Of a DNA stretch of 64,000 nucleotides, positions 1-12,048 are shown piece after piece (within the stretch, counting starts at the first letter, position 1; each line of letters begins with the position of its first letter). The notes beneath the pieces are model-generated. The model searched no databases. It was not told the origin of the DNA and worked only from the letters and a program-made list of their open reading frames with translations. The translations under genes were made by a program, and so were the position numbers. The stretch lies in NCBI RefSeq assembly GCF_036971445.1, contig NC_091476.1, positions 108,500,001 to 108,564,000 of the forward strand, read 5' to 3'. The stretch is from Narcine bancroftii (Eukaryota).

Positions 1-277
1 TTAACCAAGGACATTTTATCATGAACTGGGTGAACAATCCATTTATCATTGTACCGCGTGAACAGAGGAATTCTCAATATCTGACTGTATATGATGTTCA
101 TTCAGCTGAAGGAACAATCAAGCTATCAAACCAGGTATCTGTCACTTGGTCTTCACTCACTTAAGTGGTTGCTGGATTCAGTAATCCACCCCACTCTATC
201 ACAGCAATTAAGGCACCAATGCTTACAGTTCAGCTCTTTTGAATTAAACATTGAACCACAAAAGACAGAACACTTAC

Positions 278-444
278 TAGATCTTCTGTGCAGTTATCAC
301 ATTCCTGATAGGTCCAGTTTAAGCTGAAGTGCTTATGGTCGACATCGTAACATGAGTTGAAGGTGCAGGTCAATTTGGCTGATGTCCCATTCAGCGTGAC
401 GACATGGGGCATGACCATGACCTCCATACCAGAGCCAAGCCCAA
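278..444 (-). CDS. SCN2B: Sodium channel beta-2 subunit, exon 2 (first half of Ig V domain); gene continues off the left edge
   Basis: 167-nt exon with tag| acceptor and |gtaagt donor. It encodes GLGSGMEVMVMPHVVTLNGTSAKLTCTFNSCYDVDHKHFSLNWTYQECDNCTEDL, matching human MEVTVP..LNGSDARLPCTFNSCY..KQFSLNWTYQECNNCSEEM, including the FNSCY cysteine. Confidence 0.95.
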
Positions 445-485
445 CTATACAGAGGAAAAGGAAGACAAGCTATCACAAACCAGAT

Positions 486-715
486 ATCTCTCCCCTTTAG
501 AACCAAGATGAGGAGAAATTTCTTCAATCAGAGGCTTGTGAATCTGTGAAACTCTTTAACCCAGTCAGCTGTGGAGGCCACATCATTGGGTATATTTAAT
601 GCAGAGATTGGTTAGTAAGAATGTTAAAGGTTATGGGGAGAAGGCAGGAGAATGGGATTGAAAGGGAAAAAAAACACATCAGCCATGATTTAAATGGTTG
701 AGCAGACTCAATGAA
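486..715 (+). mobile_element. CR1 3' tail fragment
   Basis: TTTAGAACCAAGATGAGGAGAAATTTCTTC...TCAGCCATGAT matches the CR1 end at ~20200-20400. Confidence 0.75.
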
Positions 716-3700
716 TTTCAGAATGAAATTAGATTTCTCAACCAATAGGAGATCTGAGGAACAGTTTTCTTATGAAGTTGTTAATATCCTTTCAAATGAT
801 TTGAAGCTGAAAAGTGTAAATTATCTTAAGTTAACAAAGCCATAAAATCTGGCAACAACCAAAAATAGGTTGTTGATCTCGCAGGTCTTGATTTTTTAAA
901 CATTTCAAATTAGGTTGAGAAACCTATTTTCATTCTGAGGTTAGGAGCGCAGCTCATCAAGTCTGCACCACCATTCAATTTATTCACAATGAAAAAAAAC
1001 TACACAGAGTAAGGTCTTTTCCATTCCATGCAAAGGAAAAACAGTGCAAAGTGCTTTTTTAGCATTCAAAGTGTCATGTTCATATTTACATTTTGGTGCT
1101 GTCCATTGTGGTGTTAACCACTTATATTATCATTGCACGAATGTGCCACCAACCCCCCCCACCCAGGGTTATTCCCCCACTCTTGGGACTAGAGTTGACA
1201 GAAATATTCCTAACTCTCATCACATGCTCAAAATAATTAATTAGAATTTTCCCACCCTCATGCATGAGAACCCACATTATAGCTTAGCCTAGTGATGGGA
1301 ATCCTTTCAAAGTCGATCCCTATGGCAAGGAAGAATAATTTTCATTTAAATGTTCTCTAAATATCTCCAAAGTATTTCTTTTGGGGAAAATTCTGAGTCA
1401 TATATCGAGATGATTATGCTTGGTGACAAAGTTGGTTCACGCTTACAGGAAGGGGAGGGAAGCAGAGATGATTGGAGAGATCAGCTGCTTCATGGGGTCT
1501 GGAAGAAGACCACGCTTCTTGGAACGGCAGCCTGCGTCATTAGTGGTGACAGTGCAGGTTTCCAGCAGCTGTCTGAACTGCACCAGTTTCTCTGCTCCTG
1601 TCATCTTGCAGTTGTGCCTTTTCCCTTTGCAGCTCTATTTGCATTTTGCTGCACTTAAAAAAAAATCAGTATCTCCTTACACTGCATCAATCAGAGGCCA
1701 ATGCAGCGAGCTGGATTGCTGACGTTACACATCTCCTACTGAATAATGCTAAGTTAGGCCTATCCCAGGGGATACTGCAATAGAACAAGATCCACTCTTC
1801 ACAAAATATTTAAAGGAATCGCAACCCGTCTTTCAGCTACTACTACAGTATTTCATTTCTAATTCCTTGATGACCAGGTCTTCAGAAAAGAGTTGTTTTC
1901 CTCCCCCTCCCCCCTCCCCCTCCCCCCCCCCCCCACCCCACCCCACCCCTGGAGATATTAAGAAGAAATTCTGTCAATATTCATGCTTTTATGAAGTAGA
2001 AATAATGAAAGATCACGGACTTTGGATGAACGGGGGTCAAGTCATCTGTAAAGCAACTCTTTAAGCAGTAGGAATGTCCTTAACCAGCATGTTAAGTATT
2101 GGAACCTGGTTTTCACACAACCTGAGAAGTTATGGATGCACTTTATAGACGATTCATTGTATTCTCCCAGGAAAGTATGGATAAATAAAAGACAGAAGGG
2201 AAAATAAAGGACAGGTAATGGATTACCCGTAACTGGGAGAATGGAGATGGTCGAGAGTCAAGAGCAACTCTGTATAGAAACATGCAGGCTGTTTTCAACA
2301 CTCAGATTCAAAAATGAATGCGCAGTAAGGAAACCACAAGAAACGACTTGAATGATGAAATGCTGCCACGATTCATCTCCATGTTTGCTGAACAATGGAC
2401 CAGTCGACAGAGTTAAGTGACAGTGAAGCAGAAAGCGTCCTCTAAGGAAATTATGTCTCTATTGAAAGCTGACTCACGGAACAAATGGTCTTACTTTCCT
2501 CTCATCTTCCCTTCTGGTGTTCCCAGCCCAGTCACAGCTGACTGTGGAAACTCAAGTAAGTCAAAAGAATCCATTGCTGATGTGTGTGTCTTTAAATAAG
2601 TGGCGGTAGAGCAGGAATGCCAAGGTATGTGTGATATTGCCGTAAAGGCTAAAGAGTCATTTATAATAATAAAGAGTTATTAAGTTTTGTTATTAGTGAT
2701 CTCTTAACCAATGGTCTGCCTAGTTACTCTCCCACTCACTACTCATTAACTTGTTTTTACTGAATATCCTGACAGAGACTTGAACTCATAACCAACTGAG
2801 TTTCTGGGATAATCAAGGACTGTAGCATAATTAGAGTGAATACTGAGAAGATTGAGGAGCTTTACAGGAAGGATATTACAGAGTCAATTCTGACCTCTAG
2901 TGCTGTCTGTGTGGAGTTTGCACATTCTCTTTTATGATCATGCAAGTTTCCTCTGGTAATTCCAGCTTCCTCCACATCCCAGAAATGATCAGGTTGGGAG
3001 TTTAATTGCCTCTAGTGTGTAGGTTAGTAATGAAATCAAGGGAGAGTTGATTGGAATGTGAAGAGAATGAAAATAGGTTGGGGTAGGACTGGCACAAATA
3101 CATGGTTGGTCATCTGTGGAGCCTCAGTGGGCAGAAGGGCCAGTTTCTTGTATCACTCTATTTGCTGTATTCTGTGTCTAGCGAAGCATTAACTAGTATC
3201 ATCAGGGACATAGAAATTTGTCCAATATGTCGTTCCTGATATCATTCTTCCTTTTACGCTGTCTACCTTTTTTTTTCTTCAAGAAGTTGTCAACTTTTAT
3301 TTGCAAACAAAAACTGTGGCAATCAAAGAACTAGTCACTGACTGCCCACACAACTCAGCACAGAGCCTTTTTTTATGTTATAGTCCTGACTTGATCACAT
3401 TTCTGCACCCAATCATTCATAACCACATATCTTAGCAGTATGCCATCCCTTGGCTTGCCACAATTATTAACGCTGTCTACCTTCAAGTGGTGATTTGCAC
3501 TTTTCCCCCACCCTCTGAGTAATGGAATTTCTCCACAATTTTGCTTGGGAATTAGTAATGCTCATCTTATCTTAATCCCCACTAATTCTGATTTCCATCG
3601 CAATGAAAAACCACTGGGTCCCCTTTATCATGCTTTAAGGTGATAGGAAAGTAAATTAAGGAGAAAGAACAAGATGATAGTATGAGTTATCAAAGTGAGT

Positions 3701-4974
3701 TATGATAACCAGGACAGAGTGGGCAGACATAAAATTGCACCTAAAAACAGTGTTAAAGTTGGAGAACAAAGTCAAAAGCTCTTCATCTGAATGCATGCAG
3801 AATTCGAAACATGTCTGAATATTTCTGTAAATGGGAATAATGATAGAGGTGTGGTTATAAGGTTAAGAAATCGGATGGCTAAATACATGGCATTTCAGAA
3901 TATGCAGCATTTTCCAAGAATAGATTGACTGGGAAAGATATGGTTAATAAAGGAAATGGCCAGCATAGTGGTGGAGCAAGATCAAGATGTCAAAATAATT
4001 TTGGTTAAGATAAGAAATATCAAGAAGGCAGCCCATGGCTTCCTAACAATAACAAAGTTGTGGGATAGCATATAAATTAAGCAAAAGTTAAGATTTGTAG
4101 AAATGAAATGCAGTAATGGTACATGACTTTAACCCTGGTAAAGATTGAATAAATGTAATTGGCAAAGGAAAGGATGATTTCAGTCTATTCAGGACCACTT
4201 ATTAGACCAATATAAACCAGGGTACTGGCATTTTCTTACAATAAATAGAGTGAATTGACAACAAAGTAAAAATAAACAGCAGGAAAATGATCAGAAGCAC
4301 TGAAGCTGGCCTTTAAAAGCCGACAATAAAGTGAGCTATCAAATTCCAGGTACAAACATGTACACAGCAGTGACTGGGAAAGTCTCCTTGTGCTGCCGCT
4401 ACTGGGTTTACTCTGCACGTTTAACAATCTTCTCCTGATTCCATAATCATCTGAATTAATTTTTGTGGGAGAAAGTTTCATATTCTCATCATTCACAGGT
4501 TAGAGAATTGTTCCTAAGTATATTTAGGTTCTTTAGATTTGCTGGAAACATTGTCTATAAGCAGATGAAGGCACCTTGCAGATTGGTGGAGCAGATTGGC
4601 CACTGTCCTGGAATTGATCTTCAGATACCAATTGAAACCTCTGACCTATTGGCCTCAAGCACAGGCTTCAGGACAAGTCAGATGTCAAGTTACCTGGATA
4701 TCACAGAAAGACTGTCAGGGACTTTCAAAGATTACACAGACTCCAGGACAAACCCAGACGCATCCCAGTTAAACCCATCAATCTGTATTCCCCAATATGT
4801 TGAAACATCTCAAAGTCAGCTCTCCCCAATTTGTTTGATCTCTCTCAAGTCAACCACTAGTTTTACACAAGGTTGTTGTGGGCAACAATGTAGAGATCCA
4901 GTCTGCATATCATCCTAGTATAGGGAAGGAAGGAGTAGATCTGGAGTAAAGGACTATGATGGGGTGAACTTTTA

Positions 4975-5300
4975 TGGCAGCATGGTAGCAAGGCTAATAG
5001 AGCTACTGCTTTAAAGCTCCAGAGACCCAGGTTCAATCCCAACCTCAGGTGTTCTCTATGTGTTGTACATTCTCCATGTGGGTGCTTTGCTTTCCTCTTG
5101 CATCCCAAAGATGTGGGTTGATAGGTTAATTAGCACTGTAAATTGCTGCTGGTGTTTAGATGAGTACTGGCATCTGCAGAGAGATGATGAGAATGTGAAA
5201 TAAATTTTTAAAATTAGATTAATGTAGGATTAGTATAAATGGGTGTGCTATGGCTGGCACAGACTCAGTGGCTGAAGGACCTGTTTTCATGCTGCAGGTT
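4975..5300 (+). mobile_element. HE1-like V-SINE (similar copies at ~2880-3160, 33225-33430, 44780-45070, 48480-48665 and 49660-49810)
   Basis: tRNA head (GACCCAGGTTCAATCC), V-domain remnant and CR1-like tail (GGCTGAAGGACCTGTTT). Confidence 0.7.
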
Positions 5301-6714
5301 TATGTGAGGGGGGGAGGGGGAAATACACAAGAGATTTAGATGGAGGGAGCGAGTCTGAGAGAGAGGTAAACAAAATCTAGTGCAATCAGAGGGGATGCAA
5401 GGAGTTAGCAAAAGAGGAAATGTGAGGTAGATAGATTGCAGTGAAGATTTGGGGTAAGGATGGGGGAGTGAATGTGAGAAAAGTGGTGAGATGGAGGGAG
5501 AGAACCTGGGGCAGGAACAGGGGAGAACATGGGGGGAATGAAATTGAGGGAGGTGAGGCTGAAAGTTGGGTGCAATCTATTTTGGAGTGAGTGAGAGGAA
5601 GAGACGGAGGCCAAAGTAACTTCCCTTGATTCTGTGGCTAGACTCCAATGTGTATTCACTTTTTGATTCCAGTATTGGACTAATTATAGTCTGTATCCTG
5701 TTTATGTAATAAAATTAGCAACACATGTTTCATTTGAGAAAGGCTTGGGCGGGGACAGGAAGTTCAACATGGAGCAAGTGAATTCCTTGTCCAATGGGTC
5801 TCTAATATGAAGGATATCATGCTTTAAATATAGACATTTTGATGAATTTATGGGACCTACAAGTGTGTAAAAAGAATAGGACATAACTGTAATCTCCATT
5901 GAGCTAGAGTTTTAAAATCCTGGAGTAAAGCAATAACACCAGTTTCACTAACTGCGGTCTATTATCCTTATGTAATGAAGTTCCCCTTGTGTCAGTGTAG
6001 TTGGGTCATCCTTTGACATACTGTATTCTGGTAATTGTCCCATCCCCTCCCCATTGCATCACTATAACTGGGCTTCCCTCTTTGTCATACCCAGATCCTT
6101 CATCTCTATAGCCACTTTCAGGTGACCACAATACCTGACTGTAAAGCAGCCGATTGTACTCCTATGCGGCTGTCAGGTGGCCACCTGAAAGTGGACAATC
6201 CGGCCAGGAGGTTTACCTACCCAACCCTTCTCCTGTAGGTATAATATCCTACTCCAAGAATCCCCCCTGTTGACCCCTGTATGCCTCACAATATTAGATC
6301 CCTCTGTTCCTCTGTAACTGGGAAACCACACATCACTATAACATACAGTAATATGTCTGTAAAAATTGCACTGCCTTCTGAAAAAGCATCAGTAAACATT
6401 TAGCATTTCCAGGAAATGGGATTTTGCCATGATGGAAGATGGCCACAGAGTAGGATCCAGAGCAGATGAGTAAAAAATCTTATAACATGATGTTAGTTAC
6501 CCTTTGTCTCTTTGGATGATCTGCTGAGTTTCTCCAGCACTTTTATGCATTGCACTCAACCCTAGCATCTGCCAACTTTCTTGTAAAACTTTTAATATGA
6601 TTCAGCAAGTAACTACAGAATGTGACAAGGATATACCATAGCTTTTTGAGAGCTGTTGCAATTCAGATAAGTGGAGAGTATCCCATTGCAAACACACACG
6701 TTTGTGCGTATATA

Positions 6715-6715
<1 letters not shown>

Positions 6716-6795
<80 letters not shown>
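6716..6795. repeat. (CA)n microsatellite
   Basis: Directly visible. Confidence 0.97.
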
Positions 6796-6796
<1 letters not shown>

Positions 6797-9112
6797 CATA
6801 TTTATGAAGCTGGTATCCCTAGTTGACCCACACACCAGTTGATGCTGATGAACTCAGTGACTATAATAGAAATGTGGGTGAATGTTTGAGATGACCATTG
6901 TTACTTGCCATGTATCAGCCCACTACTGCTATTGGCTGGACTTTGATTCCCACAATCATGGACATACTTTTGCTGAGGAATTGTGAATGAAATTTGACAT
7001 TGCGCATTCAACAGTGAACATCCATCCTTGCAATATAAAAGGCCAATACTAAAGGACAATCATTTATGTAGCAGCTGAAACTGGTTGGATGAAGGGCCTG
7101 AAGTGGTTCTGTAACAATATCCTGTGGAGGTAGGACAATTAACCGCATCCTTCAGTTGTGCAATCTATGGCTCTAACCATGGGATTGTTTTCACTTTTGT
7201 GGCCATTGCCTATTATCCAGGCTGCATGATGACAAGGTTAGCTCCTCCCACCTCACCTATGGTCTCCAGCTTCTTGATTCATGTTTTGGTGAAGGCTGTG
7301 AGCGGTCTGGAGTTCTGAAGGTCAAGTGAAACCCAAACTGGGTATTGGTGAGAGGGTTCTGGTGAGTTAGCGCTGTCAACATCTTCCATTAAGGATGATT
7401 GGTGTTGGTTGTGTGGACTGATTGAGGTATTGCTAGTAATGATTGGCTGCTATATGTGGAACTGGATCCTTCATCTTTGAGACTGTGATCCCCTGTATGC
7501 CTCACAAAATTAGGGTGATTGAAAATGATGAGCTATGGAGTGCAAATGCTCCCCGCCCACCGTTGCATGGTCTTGTTTCTTCCTTTCTGTAGGCCCATAT
7601 CTCATACTCTAAATCTCTTTATTTATGATTTCTGGATTAATTTTAATGATTGCAGCTTTTATTTGTCATGGAATATTCCATGCTCTGGAATATTTTCCTA
7701 AAGTTTTCTCCCTCACTTTTTTCTCTCTACTCTTTAAAACCTGATTAAAAATCGACCACTTTGACTGCATTCTATCTTTTTCCACTGGTCGCAGACGCCA
7801 CTAACATGGCCTGTGTTTAATGCTTATCCTTAACTTTCTTTGAGAAGTTGATGATGATTTCTCTTCCTGCATCCTGGGTACTTGGATCTTGACAATTATC
7901 CCACAGGTGGGACAAAAGGAGTTTCATATTTGGACACAGTGCCAATAAAGGGTTGACAATTTATTTCCAAATGATGATGATGGATCACTGGGGGATCATT
8001 CCCATGAGCTTGAGGCTCTTCAGGTGAAGGTTACAGGTTTGGGATGTAGTGTTAAAAGAGACTTGGGAAGTAACCGGAATGAAACAGGGAAGTCTGTAGA
8101 TGCTATGATTGTTGGGTAAAACACAAAAGTGCTGTAGAAACTCAGGCAGGTCATGCAGTGTCTATTGGAGGCAAAGGGATTTAATCAATGTTTGGAGCCT
8201 GAACTATGAGCAAAAAGTAGGCAGTAACAGGAATGCACTTTTTAGATTCTACACACGCTGTCCGTAGCAGATACAAATAATATTCAAGATGTTGGTTGGG
8301 CTGGCAGTCAAACAGACTTTTTTCTGAATTGTAACAATTTTCTTGAATGTGTTTGGAAATGGACTGAATGAGACAAGTAGAGAGTTTTCTCACACATCCC
8401 TGACTTACCTCTCATACATGGTTGAAAGTCTCTATAGGAGTGTGGAGTTGTATTACTCATAAGTCATACCTGCTCTTGTAACTGTTTATCTTTCCAATGG
8501 AATTAATCTCTTTATCCAATTTCATTCTTGTAAAGTAGCTTTGTGCATTTTATGACATCAAAGGTGGTTTATAAATGTAAATTGATAAATGGAAGAAATT
8601 GTTGCCATGTTATTCTTCAAGAGGTCTTTTAAATGAAGAATTTGATTGGTACAAGTGATTGGAGTTGAATAGAAAAATAACACAGCCAGCAATCTCTGCA
8701 GTCCATGATAAGGACTTCTTCCAAGCAAGGATGAATAAATCCTGGCAGGGTTTACTTATTGCGTGTAAGTGCATTAAATGGATTGTCAGAAAACAAAAAA
8801 AAAAGAGCATCAGGAAATGGAGAAAAGAAACAGATAATTGAGTATTATCAATTAAATAGAAAGGTTTTGAAGTGGTAGGTAACTGAGGTTTGGAGTGACA
8901 TCAACATAATTGCTTGAAGGGAATGACCAGAAATCATTCTTTCACAAACCTGAAACATAAACTCAGTTGGGAAGGTTGGGGGGTGGGGGGGGGGGGGGGG
9001 GAGACAGCTCCCATTGAGAATGGCTACAGTATGAAGTCTTCCCAGCATTTTATGATTTTATGTTTCTATTTTAGATTGTTGCTGTATTTTGTATTGATAT
9101 ATTTCATGAATT

Positions 9113-10025
9113 CAGGCTGACTTCATGGAAGTCAGCCTGAAGAAAACTGAGGTCCTCCATCAGCCAGCTCCCCACCTTTAATACCAGCCCCCCCACATCT
9201 CCATCGGGCACACAAAACTCAAAACGGTCAACCAGTTTACCTATCTCGGCTGCACCATTTCATCAGATGCAAGGATCGACAATGAGATAGACAACAGACT
9301 CGCCAAGGCAAATAGCGCCTTTGGAAGACTACACAAAAGAGTCTGGAAAAACAACCAACTGAAAAACCTCACAAAGATAAGCGTATACAGAGCCGTTGTC
9401 ATACCCACACTCCTGTTCGGCTCCGAATCATGGGTCCTCTACCGGCACCACCTACGGCTCCTAGAACGCTTCCACCAGCGTTGTCTCCGCTCCATCCTCA
9501 ACATCCATTGGAGCGCTTACATCCCTAACGTCGAAGTACTCGAGATGGCAGAGGTCGACAGCATCGAGTCCACGCTGCTGAAGATCCAGCTGCGCTGGAT
9601 GGGTCACGTCTCCAGAATGGAGGACCATCGCCTTCCCAAGATCGTGTTATATGGCGAGCTCTCCACTGGCCACCGTGACAGAGGTGCACCAAAGAAAAGG
9701 TACAAGGACTGCCTAAAGAAATCTCTTGGTGCCTGCCACATTGACCACCGCCAGTGGGCTGATATCACCTCAAACCGTGCATCTTGGCGCCTCACAGTTT
9801 GGCGGGCAGCAACCTCCTTTGAAGAAGACCGCAGAGCCTACCTCACTGACAAAAGACAAAGGAGGAAAAACCCAACACCCAACCCCAACCAACCAATTTT
9901 CCCCTGCAACCGCTGCAATCGTGTCTGCCTGTCCCGCATCGGACTTGTCAGCCACAAACGAGTCTGCAGCTGACGTGGACTTTTTACCCCCTCCATAAAT
10001 CTTCGTCCGCGAAGCCAAGCCAAAG
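9113..10025 (+). mobile_element. 5'-truncated RTE (BovB-like) LINE, copy 1
   Basis: Encodes the RTE ORF C-terminus (QLRWMGHVSRM..RLPK..LYGEL). 12-bp TSD ATTTCATGAATT at 9101-9112 and 10026-10037. Confidence 0.93.
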
Positions 10026-10255
10026 ATTTCATGAATTACTAGATTGGGGTTCAGGGAGATAAATGAGACAGAGAGATGCCAATAGATCATAAAAGTTATA
10101 GAGGGTCCAAGAGAAATCAATATATTAGATTACTTCTGGAAGGGAATGATAGTGTCATGGAGGCATCAAAGAGATTAGATTAGTCCCTGGAAGGGAATTA
10201 TTGCAAGTTAGAAAGAGATCAAAAGATCAATTATTTTCCATTCTTGATAAGAGTG

Positions 10256-10258
<3 letters not shown>

Positions 10259-10290
<32 letters not shown>
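10259..10290. repeat. (GA)n microsatellite
   Basis: Directly visible. Confidence 0.95.
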
Positions 10291-10293
<3 letters not shown>

Positions 10294-10420
10294 AAGAGGT
10301 TTGATTATTTCTGGGAGAGAAAGGTTTCAAGAGATATAATTTACTGGTTAATGAATAATTGCAGCCAATTCACATGGACCGAGGAAAGGATTTGAATTAA
10401 TGGTAATGCAGAGCTTTCAT

Positions 10421-12048
10421 GCCACCATCATCACCCTGTACAAAAACAAAGGCGAGAAATCAGACTGCTCAAACTACAGGGGAATCACGTTGCTCTCCAT
10501 TGCAGGCAAAATCTTCGCTAGGATTCTACTAAATAGAATAATACCTAGTGTCGCTGAGAATATTCTCCCAGAATCACAGTGCGGCTTTCGCGCTAACAGA
10601 GGAACCACTGACATGGTCTTTGCCCTCAGACAGCTCCAAGAAAAGTGTAGAGAACAAAACATAGGACTCTACATCACCTTTGTTGACCTCACCAAAGCCT
10701 TCGACACCGTGAGCAGGAAAGGGCTTTGGCAAATACTAGAGCGCATCGGATGTCCCCCAAAGTTCCTCAACATGATTATCCAACTGCACGAAAACCAACA
10801 AGGTCGGGTCAGATACAGCAATGAGCTCTCTGAACCCTTCTCCATTAACAATGGCGTGAAGCAAGGCTGTGTTCTCGCACCAACCCTCTTTTCAATCTTC
10901 TTCAGCATGATGCTGAACCAAGCCATGAAAGACCCCAACAATGAAGACGCTGTTTACATCCGGTACCGCACGGATGGCAGTCTCTTCAATCTGAGGCGCC
11001 TGCAAGCTCACACCAAGACACAAGAGAAACTTGTCCGTGAACTACTCTTTGCAGATGATGCCGCTTTAGTTGCCCATTCAGAGCCAGCTCTTCAGCGCTT
11101 GACGTCCTGCTTTGCGGAAACTGCCAAAATGTTTGGCCTGGAAGTCAGCCTGAAGAAAACTGAGGTCCTCCATCAGCCAGCTCCCCACCATGACTACCAG
11201 CCCCCCCACATCTCCATCGGGCACACAAAACTCAAAACGGTCAACCAGTTTACCTATCTCGGCTGCACCATTTCATCAGATGCAAGGATCGACAATGAGA
11301 TAGACAACAGACTCGCCAAGGCAAATAGCGCCTTTGGAAGACTACACAAAAGAGTCTGGAAAAACAACCAACTGAAAAACCTCACAAAGATAAGCGTATA
11401 CAGAGCCGTTGTCATACCCACACTCCTGTTCGGCTCCGAATCATGGGTCCTCTACCGGCACCACCTACGGCTCCTAGAACGCTTCCACCAGCGTTGTCTC
11501 CGCTCCATCCTCAACATCCATTGGAGCGCTCACACCCCTAACGTCGAGGTACTCGAGATGGCAGAGGTCGACAGCATCGAGTCCACGCTGCTGAAGATCC
11601 AGCTGCGCTGGATGGGTCACGTCTCCAGAATGGAGGACCATCGCCTTCCCAAGATCGTATTATATGGCGAGCTCTCCACTGGCCACCGTGACAGAGGTGC
11701 ACCAAAGAAAAGGTACAAGGACTGCCTAAAGAAATCTCTTGGTGCCTGCCACATTGACCACCGCCAGTGGGCTGATAACGCCTCAAACCGTGCATCTTGG
11801 CGCCTCACAGTTTGGCGGGCAGCAGCCTCCTTTGAAGAAGACCGCAGAGCCCACCTCACTGACAAAAGGCAAAGGAGGAAAAACCCAACACCCAACCCCA
11901 ACCAACCAATTTTCCCTTGCAACCGCTGCAATCGTGTCTGCCTGTCCCGCATCGGACTGGTCAGCCACAAACGAGCCTGCAGCTGACGTGGACTTTTTAC
12001 CCCCTCCATAAATCTTCGTCCGCGAAGCCAAGCCAAAGAAAAAAAAAA
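10421..12048 (+). mobile_element. 5'-truncated RTE (BovB-like) LINE, copy 2, with open RT frame
   Basis: 528-aa ORF with RT motifs (NYRGITLL, QCGFR, FVDLTKAFD, GVKQGC, LFADD) and a C-terminal CxxC..H motif. A-rich tail. TSD AATGCAGAGCTTTCAT at 10405-10420 and 12049-12064. Confidence 0.96.

Noticed and set aside
1447-1493. MKQLISPIISASLPF as SCN2B coding exon 1
   Set aside because: Its phase-2 donor is incompatible with exon 2, and the other ATG (1540) hits a stop. 14270-14339 fits exactly.
4463-4918. 151-aa ORF
   Set aside because: No recognisable domain or start context; intronic and antisense, likely chance.
10400-11986. 528-aa ORF as a host gene
   Set aside because: It is a truncated RTE RT bounded by TSDs.
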